Source: Candidatus Magasanikiibacteriota bacterium (GTDB lineage: Bacteria > Patescibacteriota > Patescibacteriia > Magasanikbacterales > 2-02-FULL-50-9b). Taken from it: a DNA stretch of 64,000 nucleotides. The stretch lies in NCBI GenBank assembly GCA_903893485.1, contig CAITMK010000014.1:66144-130143 (forward strand), written 5' to 3'. Every line of letters begins with the position of its first letter. The first letter of the stretch is position 1. Position numbers and translations under genes: made by a program. The notes beneath the pieces were generated by a model that did no database searches, had not been told where the DNA came from, and saw nothing but the letters and a program-made list of their open reading frames with translations. This document shows positions 39,506 through 47,800 of the stretch, in pieces.

Positions 39506-39570
39506 AGAAACAGTATATCACGCGTCAAACCTTGCAATATATGCGCGAATACATTATACTCTCCCCATCT

Positions 39571-40119
39571 ATGCGTATTGCTCGAAAGCGCTTCAAACCA
39601 GAAGTACAAAAAATCAAAATTCGTTACAACGAAGGTATTCGCGTACCCATGGTTCGCGTTATCGATGAAGCCGGCGCTCACGTGGGCACCATGACCACCC
39701 AGGAAGCAACTGCTCTGGCTTTGGAACGCGGCCTTGATTTAATCGAAATCAACCCAAACGCCGATCCACCGGTGGTAAAAATCACGGAATACGGCCAGTT
39801 TAAATATCAGAAAGACAAAGAAGAACGCCTCCAGAAAAAGAAACAGAAAGAATCGGAAGTCAAAGGCGTGCGTCTTTCCCTGCGTATCGGCGAGCATGAT
39901 CGCGAAATGCGCATGAATCAAGCTAAAAAGTTCCTTGAAGATGGCAATAAGGTTAAGGTGGAAATCATTCTCCGCGGCCGTGAACGCCAGTTTGTAACCG
40001 GCGCGTTTGCCGTCATGGACAAGTTTATTAACGAAATGCGCGCCGCAATGCCGGTACGTGTGGAACAGCCGGTCAGCAAGCAGGAAAACAAGGTTACGGT
40101 ACTGCTGGTTAAGGAATAA
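39571..40119 (+). CDS. infC: Translation initiation factor IF-3
   Basis: IRVPMVRVIDEAGAHVGTMTTQEATALALERGLDLIEINPNADPPVVKITEYGQFKY … VKVEIILRGRERQFVTGAFAVMDKFINEM. The start is uncertain: the track ORF begins at a TTG at 39532, and IF-3 often uses non-ATG starts. The ATG at 39571 was chosen. Confidence 0.85.
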   Translation: MRIARKRFKPEVQKIKIRYNEGIRVPMVRVIDEAGAHVGTMTTQEATALALERGLDLIEINPNADPPVVKITEYGQFKYQKDKEERLQKKKQKESEVKGVRLSLRIGEHDREMRMNQAKKFLEDGNKVKVEIILRGRERQFVTGAFAVMDKFINEMRAAMPVRVEQPVSKQENKVTVLLVKE

Positions 40120-40192
40120 GCAGTAATACACAGGCCGCCCTTGACGAAAATACGCATAAACTGTTATAATCTGCACACTTAAATTTGGCACT

Positions 40193-40387
40193 ATGGGGAA
40201 GCTCAAAACGAAAAAATCTATTGCGAAACGCTTCCGCGTGACACGCAACGACAAAGTGATTCACCGTGCAAGCGGCCAGGGTCATTTCAATGGTCGCGAA
40301 TCTGGCAATACCACCCGTGAAAAACGCACGGACAAGGTTTTAGCTAAGACGCACACAAAATTAATCATCCGTAGCATCAGTAAATAA
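40193..40387 (+). CDS. rpmI: 50S ribosomal protein L35
   Basis: 64-aa basic protein, MGKLKTKKSIAKRFRVT…, directly between infC and rplT. Confidence 0.75.
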   Translation: MGKLKTKKSIAKRFRVTRNDKVIHRASGQGHFNGRESGNTTREKRTDKVLAKTHTKLIIRSISK

Positions 40388-40388
40388 T

Positions 40389-40805
40389 ATGGCACGCGTA
40401 AAACGAGGTACAATTCGCGCAAAAAAGCGCTCAGCCATTTTGAAAAACACCAAGGGTTACATGTGGGGTCGCAAAAACCGCATCCGCATGGCTAAAGAAG
40501 CTATCTTGCACTCAGGTGTGCAGTCTTTTCAGGCTCGCCGCAAGAAAAAGGGTGTTGCACGCGCAGCATGGCACATCCAAATCAATGCAGCCGTACGTCC
40601 ATTTGGCACCAACTATTCCAAGTTCATGGATGCTTTGAAAAAGGCAAACATCACCTTGAACCGCAAAATGCTTGCTGAATTGGGTATTAACCACCCAGAT
40701 GTATTTGCAGCAATCGTAAAGAAAGTTGTGGTTCCAACAGAACCAAAAGCCCCTAAAGCTGCAAAAGCTCCAAAGGCAAAAAAAGTAGCGAAAGCAAAAG
40801 CATAA
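40389..40805 (+). CDS. rplT: 50S ribosomal protein L20 with Lys/Ala/Pro-rich C-terminal extension
   Basis: MARVKRGTIRAKKRSAILKNTKGYMWGRKNRIRMAKEAILHSGVQSFQARRKKK… Canonical L20 plus a tail …KAPKAAKAPKAKKVAKAKA. Confidence 0.9.
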   Translation: MARVKRGTIRAKKRSAILKNTKGYMWGRKNRIRMAKEAILHSGVQSFQARRKKKGVARAAWHIQINAAVRPFGTNYSKFMDALKKANITLNRKMLAELGINHPDVFAAIVKKVVVPTEPKAPKAAKAPKAKKVAKAKA

Positions 40806-40842
40806 TCTCAACCGAGGTGGCGCGCGCTGGCCACCTCGATAT

Positions 40843-40919
40843 GGACTGGTAGCTCAGCTGGTTAGAGCGTCCGCCTGTCACGCGGAAGGTCGAGGGTCCG
40901 AGTCCCTTCCAGTCCGCCA
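40843..40919 (+). tRNA. tRNA-Asp (GTC)
   Basis: Acceptor GGACTGG/CCAGTCC, anticodon loop CTGTCAC, T-arm GAGGG-TCCGAGT-CCCTT, encoded CCA. 77 nt. Confidence 0.9.
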
Positions 40920-40920
40920 T

Positions 40921-40953
40921 AAAAAATACCACCTCATGAGGTGGTATTTTTTA
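40921..40953 (+). terminator. Rho-independent terminator after tRNA-Asp
   Basis: AAAAAATACCACCTC-ATG-GAGGTGGTATTTTTT. Perfect 10-bp stem. Confidence 0.7.
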
Positions 40954-41221
40954 TGTCTGATTCGAAGTAAGGGACTCGGAGGGCGAGCACGCAACCGAGC
41001 GTGCGCAGGTTGCATCGTGCGAGCCCAGGCCCGAAGGAGCGACATGGTTCGCGACTGAGGCGAGTCCCGCCACCACTCTCACAACTACCATATAAAATGT
41101 TTAACATTTTAATTTCAAATTGTTACACATTTTTTCTGCAATAAAAAAACACCCATCTCTCACCGCGAAATTCTGCGGATAAAGAGACGGGTGGTGGAAT
41201 ACGCTCACGCGCAAACCACTG

Positions 41222-41821
41222 TTATTCGGGGATGTTTTCCAAGTGCCAGTCGATGCTGCCATCATCAACTTCTTCCCCACCCGGAATCAGCATGGTGTAA
41301 TGGTAGTCCTGAGTGCTGACGAATCCATGCTCAACCACATTGTCAGGAATGAAAATCGGAGTGAGGCGAACGCGCACATCACACTGATCCGCATTGCAAA
41401 CCACAAGCAGCAGCGCGGCGTGCGTGCGATCGTTGCGATTGATCCATCGTTGCACTGGGGTGAGCACGTCACCATCCTGGTACAACCACGTCCTGCCGTC
41501 CTCGCTGGTTGTGCCGTGAGCAAACAAAACACCGATGCCCGAACGCTGCGTGCGTTCACCCCGAAGACGGACGTACTCCAAAAACTTTGGATCGATCTTC
41601 CGAACAAACATCTGGTGAATGTCTCGATCCAAGTAATCTTCAACGCTCTGTGATCGCTCAGTCGGCGAAGACTCTTTGCCAAGCATTTTCTGCACCGCTC
41701 CCACAAACTGCAGATCCTGCGGGCGCGGTGGCGTCGCAATTTCAAGCCGGCGCTCTGCTTCAATATCGCTGCTCACATGAACAAAAAACCCGGGGAATTC
41801 CTTACTTTCAACAACACGCAT
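41222..41821 (-). CDS. Hypothetical protein (GC-elevated)
   Basis: 199-aa ORF, no domain recognised. Confidence 0.5.
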   Translation of the reverse strand: MRVVESKEFPGFFVHVSSDIEAERRLEIATPPRPQDLQFVGAVQKMLGKESSPTERSQSVEDYLDRDIHQMFVRKIDPKFLEYVRLRGERTQRSGIGVLFAHGTTSEDGRTWLYQDGDVLTPVQRWINRNDRTHAALLLVVCNADQCDVRVRLTPIFIPDNVVEHGFVSTQDYHYTMLIPGGEEVDDGSIDWHLENIPE

Positions 41822-42011
41822 GTGCCCTCCTGTGTTAAACGTTGTCAGAGCGAGAGTTGATTGAAATTCAATCTAGCAAAAAGACGGACTTTTGTCAACC
41901 GTGGTATTCAACAAATACGCCGTCTTCTCTTCAATAAAAAAATCGCACCCACCCCTCACATCGTCATTAAGTTCATGATGGAAAGAGGGATGGGCACCGC
42001 GTCGCTTGCGA

Positions 42012-42791
42012 TCACGGGTAGGCTTGGACAAATTCAGCGATCAATTGGTCCAAGTGCGGAAGTAGTACGGCTCGCACCTCCTGATCCGCGCATTCTTCGT
42101 ACTTCGCAATCTGCACAGCAAGTTCAGTGAGCTTTTCGAGTCGCTGCACTTCAAAGGTCTGATCAATCAGCGCCTCTTCGCGCGCAGCGATTGCCGCCTG
42201 ACGTGCCACGACGATCTCCAGCGACGCAGACAGCGTCGACTTGCGATCATCGAACGCACGCTGCAGCTCGGCCGTGAGCTCCTCTGGCAAGCCAGAGATG
42301 TTGCGCTCATGCGACGCGGACAGCTCAATCAGCTGAGTCTGCAGACGGGCCTGCTTCGACTGCAGAGCCGCTGACTCATTCCGGAGGCTCGCGAGCTCGA
42401 CACTGCGCCGCTTTGCACGCCCTGCGGTGTCGCTAAGATGCGCGACCACCTCCTTGTGTGCAGGCGCGCGGCGCATGAAGTACAACCGAGCACGCGAAAG
42501 GCTGTCTGTCGCCCACGCGACCAGCCCCAAAGTAAGCGCCACCAAAGTAAAGGCGCTAAACAGACCGCCAATCCAGTGGGTCTCGGTCCCGTTGCACACG
42601 TCATTCCCTGAATGATAGTTCTGATAGCAATCAGGCACCTCATCCAGAAACATGTGCTTGATCACGTCCCACGCGTATGGTTGGATCCACACCATGGCCA
42701 AAAGAGCTGCGATAGCCCCAGTGACGATCCACACACCTTTGAGTGGGAACCAAACAACTGCTTTCTCGCGAATTTTAAGGTACATTTGCAA
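42012..42791 (-). CDS. Hypothetical membrane protein with coiled-coil domain
   Basis: Two N-terminal TM helices, then a long helical region (…LQTQLIELSASHERNISGLPEELTAELQRAFDD…). Confidence 0.5.
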   Translation of the reverse strand: MQMYLKIREKAVVWFPLKGVWIVTGAIAALLAMVWIQPYAWDVIKHMFLDEVPDCYQNYHSGNDVCNGTETHWIGGLFSAFTLVALTLGLVAWATDSLSRARLYFMRRAPAHKEVVAHLSDTAGRAKRRSVELASLRNESAALQSKQARLQTQLIELSASHERNISGLPEELTAELQRAFDDRKSTLSASLEIVVARQAAIAAREEALIDQTFEVQRLEKLTELAVQIAKYEECADQEVRAVLLPHLDQLIAEFVQAYP

Positions 42792-43008
42792 CTCCTACAA
42801 AAATCGACTCAGTCAGAAGTGCGACGCGTCGTGCGCCCCCTCTCTCGCAATTACCCGTTCAGTGGGCTCGACTGGATGTGCTTTTTTAGCACAACAAAGC
42901 AATATAACACAAAAAACAAGATTTGTCAATCCTATATCAATCGCTATCTGACCGAAACGTATTGGTACAACGCCATTCACCCGTGCTACAATTACACAAT
43001 AATACGTT

Positions 43009-43467
43009 ATGTATTTTTACAATTTGTTAGACTTCGTTGGTCTGTTTTTGTTCTTAAGTGGCTTTGTGATCGGCCTCGGCGCAGTAACCGTTATTGATAT
43101 CCATGGTTTTTTAGGACGCACATCTTCATACTGGACGGAAGCAACGACGCGAACTCATAAAGTAACCAAGCCGCTCATCTGGGTTGGTATTATCCTTGCT
43201 ACTATTGGCGGTCTTATTTTTTATCGCACCGCATCATTCAATGGTATCCCGCGCATTCACGCATTTCTTGCACTCGTACTCATCTGCAACGGATATTTCC
43301 TTTCGTTTAAAGTCAGTCCATATATGCTCGAGCGCGAACAGCGAGGCGACGCTGGCAAACTACTTCCTGCATCATGGCAACGTAAGATTGTGGTTAGTCT
43401 TATTGTATCTGACATTGGCTGGTGGGGTGGACTTGCACTGCTTGTTATGTACCTCATCCGACGATAA
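43009..43467 (+). CDS. Hypothetical 4-TM membrane protein
   Basis: 152 aa, four hydrophobic helices. Confidence 0.5.
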   Translation: MYFYNLLDFVGLFLFLSGFVIGLGAVTVIDIHGFLGRTSSYWTEATTRTHKVTKPLIWVGIILATIGGLIFYRTASFNGIPRIHAFLALVLICNGYFLSFKVSPYMLEREQRGDAGKLLPASWQRKIVVSLIVSDIGWWGGLALLVMYLIRR

Positions 43468-43472
43468 GATTA

Positions 43473-43997
43473 ATGAAGCGTATGAAAAAAATCGTAATCG
43501 TTAACGACAAAATGCAGCGCGGGTATCGATACGAACTCACCGCGCCCATTGGTAAACAATTTGATCCAGCCTTTAAACCGAAGCTTACACCAAAACAAAT
43601 GCTTGCGCTCGGTATCTTTGGGGGTGTATACATGCGCGACTGCATCAAAGAATTTCCAAAAGATTGGTTTCCCCGTGCAAAATTTCAGAAAAAAGAATTG
43701 CACATACCTGACGCACACATTAATTATTTTCAGGTGAACGCAAGCCAGCCGCTGTCTGTATGGAAAAAGAAAGGTTGGATATACCGCGATGACCCACGAG
43801 GATGGTTCCAGTGGTACTGCCGTTATTACATGGGTCGACGCTTACCTCTTGAAGACTTGCGCCAAATCAAACGGTGGAAAGCTATTGTGCGTCATGTTGC
43901 GCAGCTCAAAAAACATTGCGCCATAGGTGACAGAGCATGCCGACCAGTTCAACGCCAAGCGCTCTTGCACTGGGCATACGACAGCAGAAAATTATAA
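43473..43997 (+). CDS. Conserved hypothetical protein (GWFQWYCRYYMGRR…RQIKRW motif)
   Basis: 175-aa soluble basic protein. The motif recalls a DUF family seen in bacteria and large viruses, but I cannot assign it confidently. Confidence 0.5.
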   Translation: MKRMKKIVIVNDKMQRGYRYELTAPIGKQFDPAFKPKLTPKQMLALGIFGGVYMRDCIKEFPKDWFPRAKFQKKELHIPDAHINYFQVNASQPLSVWKKKGWIYRDDPRGWFQWYCRYYMGRRLPLEDLRQIKRWKAIVRHVAQLKKHCAIGDRACRPVQRQALLHWAYDSRKL

Positions 43998-44122
43998 ACT
44001 AACTAAACTACAAACTTATTTCTTCCAATAGCATGTTGGTTTTTTTATCGAACTGCATGCACCAATCCGCGTTATTCCTTCGTATACTATACAAGTTATA
44101 TATTAATTTTATACATACTAAT

Positions 44123-44548
44123 ATGAAGGTCAAATCCTTTATTGCATTATCGGTCATCGCACCAACCTTACTCATGTCAACAGTTGCATTTGCCGCCACT
44201 ACCCCAACGTCTGCTCCAAGCGCAAAACATGAGCGTGCAGAAACGGCAGCCACCAAAAAAACAGAAAATACCACATTAAACGCAGCGATTGCTGCGGCAA
44301 AGGCTACCTATAAATCTTCAATTACTGCAGCTGATCAAGCATATGCTGCCGCAACAACAGATGCAAAAACTACCTATACAGCCGCAACAAAGTCTGCAAA
44401 TAAAGACAAGGCAGCAATTGCTGCAGCTAAAGCAGCTCGCACGGCAACACTCACCCAGGCTAAAGCTACCCGTAAAGCTGCGCACGATGCGGCTACTGCA
44501 GCTCTTAAGCAAGCTAAGGCTGCTGCAAAAACAGCATCAGCTCAGTAA
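44123..44548 (+). CDS. Small secreted Ala/Thr/Lys-rich low-complexity protein
   Basis: Start MKVKSFIALSVIAPTLLMSTVAFAATT (signal peptide). Mature part is Ala/Thr/Lys-rich. Confidence 0.5.
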   Translation: MKVKSFIALSVIAPTLLMSTVAFAATTPTSAPSAKHERAETAATKKTENTTLNAAIAAAKATYKSSITAADQAYAAATTDAKTTYTAATKSANKDKAAIAAAKAARTATLTQAKATRKAAHDAATAALKQAKAAAKTASAQ

Positions 44549-44566
44549 ATTTAATTAAATAAGTTT

Positions 44567-44597
44567 TAAAAATACCCCGTCACTGGGGTATTTTTAA
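44567..44597 (+). terminator. Rho-independent terminator
   Basis: AAAAATACCCCG-TCAC-TGGGGTATTTTT. Confidence 0.55.
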
Positions 44598-44791
44598 ATT
44601 CTTTGAATAAAAAAATCGCACCCACCCTGTTGCCGTTACAGCATTGGATTGGGTGCGGCGCATTCACTCGAATGTACCACCTTCCTGCAATTGTTAAGTT
44701 GGGTGCCCAGAAACCCGATTTTCTGCTGGACCAAACAAGATACCATAAAAAATGGCGTGTATCAATCATGTCGACGTTATTAAAATAAATT

Positions 44792-44820
44792 AAAAAATCC
44801 ACCCTTCCGAGTGGATTTTT
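44792..44820. terminator. Bidirectional terminator between convergent genes
   Basis: AAAAAATCCAC…GTGGATTTTT hairpin with A and T runs on both sides, 20 nt past the stop of the giant minus-strand gene. Confidence 0.55.
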
Positions 44821-44839
44821 GAAATACTGCCCTGAATTT

Positions 44840-47800
44840 TCACTTCTTGGTAGCGTTTATGACTTTTCGAGTATAGTCATAGAAGTTCCTAGTTCCTTTT
44901 TTCAATTTCAGTGGCTTCAAAATAAGCGCTGCGTTTGCTTCCTGAAATTTCGTGATCGCTTTAGCAGTTGCCTGACTAAAACGCGTCGTCTCATTTCCTG
45001 GCGACCCAGGACCAGACTTTGCCACAACAAATCCATTTGTGTTCAAGAATTTTTGCAGCTCTTTTACATCAGCACCTGTTGCACCAATTTTCAGATTACG
45101 CGTAAATACATACGTATTTTTTATTGATTGAGCTTCAGAAACCGCGGTTTTGTCGAGTAACGATTTTACATCAAGCACCGCATTATTCTGCTTTAAATCA
45201 GTAAGTGCAATCGAAATGTCTGGGATTTTATCGTTATCAAGGTCAACTGAAACCAACTTCGCAAGTTTGAGTGTAAAAATTTGCGGAGTAGATTCAACAC
45301 GAATTGTTACCGTACCAGCTGCATAATCGATTGACACAATCGTAATGTGATGCGTTTGATCTGTGTATGTCTGACTCACGGGCGCGATAACCGTAGTCTG
45401 TACGCTCGCCGCGCCAGCTACAACTGCCGGAGGTGCGCCCGCCGCATCAACATGAACTAATGATTGCGTTTCGCCCGCCGCAACAGGGGCTGCAGGAGGA
45501 GGAGTTACTGATTGGACTGGCGGCTGAACTGGCGGAAGAGTCGTCGCTGGTGTTTGTACCGGAGTATCAGAATGTGAATCATTAGAATGCTCAGCCGGAG
45601 TTGGAGTTGGGCTTGGAGTACTAATTGCATTCCCACTGCCCCCACTACTGCTACCGCCGCCACCAACCTGACAAGGATTAGTTGTAACCGTTTGATCTCC
45701 ACTATAAACCGTACCTCCCAAATAAGTTGCGCGAGCACGATAATGATAAAGCGTATTACACTGAAGCCCTGTTAATGTCGTCGAAAACGAATTAGAGGAA
45801 AATCCATCTTCTTTTGTTTCATTTGTAGTCATTCCGTAACTATCCGTTAAACCATAGTCAAAACCGCGAGCCGTTGCGAGCGAATCATCAAGAGGATTGA
45901 AATTACCCACAACAACCACGTAACCATTCCAAACGCCGGGAGAACTCGATGCGGTAACGGTCGCGCTAAGCGAATTCGTAATTACCAGTTGCAGCAAATC
46001 AGTATTAAGGGAATGATGAATGCCTTGCGGCGCATTCACATACGTACCCCAATTAATTGCACGAGTATTATAAGTGCTCTGATATGCATTATGATCCGCA
46101 TCAGTTGGATAATTTTCAGTTTCTGTGTGATACGGATATTGCGTCATCTCGTTAAACGGTAATGGCGCTATCGTATCACCCGTTGGGTTGTGATATGACT
46201 TGTGGAAATCCCATGTTTTGTACAAGAAGTCTCGGGTTGTGCCTGGTGCTTGTACTGGCACATGATATTTGAGTGCTAATTCGTCACCCTGCGTTGCAAT
46301 AACAAATTTGTTATCAACATCCGTCACCAATGGCAACACATCACCATAACGCGTTGCATTTCCCGAAACCGGATTACCACCACCAACTGTTTTTGCGAGG
46401 CGGTCGTACACCGGCTGTGAAATTTGCATAAGCGGATCTTCAGGATCAGCACTTGTTAGTTCTGAAACACCGCGAAAATGCAAATCGGCATAATATGGCG
46501 CAAGGTTTGTTACCGTAACTGCCTGATCAGGACTCGTATCAACCGCCATCCAATTAATTACCCAGCGAAGCAAATTATTTGATGACCAAATACGAATTTC
46601 GTTGTCCTTGATATTCAGGCCAGACAAATCAATAACCTTTGTATCCATGCCATACGTGTTGGAATAGTTACGCGTACTTGTTGCCGTTCCGATACGCGTA
46701 CTATTAAACGGATCGTATTGCGCAGGAACATTCACAAAGACACCGCTTGAGTTTTTGTACTGTAATTTGTCTGAGCCGGTCCCACCACTTTGCGGACCTT
46801 CTTTGCCGCGTTTAATGACTAATTTCAAATGCGCTGGTGTTGATGTTGCATTTGATAATTTAATCGTTACATACGTTGGAATTTCTGTTTTTGAACTATG
46901 CCACGACAAATGATCATCATTTGCAATAAGCGATGTCACATCGATTCCATCTTGGTCTACAACTCTTACTGGCGCAGGAGCAGTCTTACTAATCGTATGA
47001 ATCTGTCGGTTGTTTCGATAATCTGGAAATACATCAACACTCGGATCATGATCAATTACCTGCAGTGCGGCCTGATCATAGTAGTTGACTTCATTCAACT
47101 CGAACGAAGTTTTGACATCATAATATGTTTCATCGCCTATAGTACGAGGTATGAGTTCACCGTGCGGAATTTTTACGTATGATTCAGGATTTGGAAATGC
47201 CATGGCCTTATAAAACGGCGTCGCTTTCCATTGATTTAAGTCACCACCAGAACCAAGCGTCGATGCACTCGAGGCATCAATGATGAAATTATATTTTGAC
47301 CCGTCATATGTCCACACAAACGGACATGAAGATGACAAGCCGTAGAGCATGCTATATTCATCGCTTGTGGTAATATTTCCTTCAGCATTAATTGAACGTA
47401 CACGATAATACCAACGAGAGCCCGATGTATCCTCGAACGTTGCACCAGCGTCCGCAGAGGCCCAGATATCCCCACCCCATGCGCCGATCAGTAATGTGCT
47501 ACCATCAGACGATGCAGCGGTCGACATCCAACATCCACTCAGCGTTGAATGCAATACCCATGTGACACCACCATCAGTTGAGGTATACATATTACCACAA
47601 TCCACACCCACGATAATTTTTTGGCCATCCGCAGAAACTGAAACGGTTTGCCAACCTGAATACCCAGGACCCGATTGCGCGATCCATGTAGCCCCGCCAT
47701 CGGTAGAAATATTTACAGTGTTAATATTCGAACCTACGGTAACCAATACATTTCCAGTTGCATCTGACGAAATAGCTTGCCAGTTTCCATAGCCCGATGC

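Noticed and set aside
39532-39570. TTG start for infC at 39532 as given in the track
   Set aside because: It would add a 13-aa N-terminal extension (MQYMREYIILSPS) not typical of IF-3. The ATG at 39571 gives a canonical length. The true start may still be a non-ATG codon.
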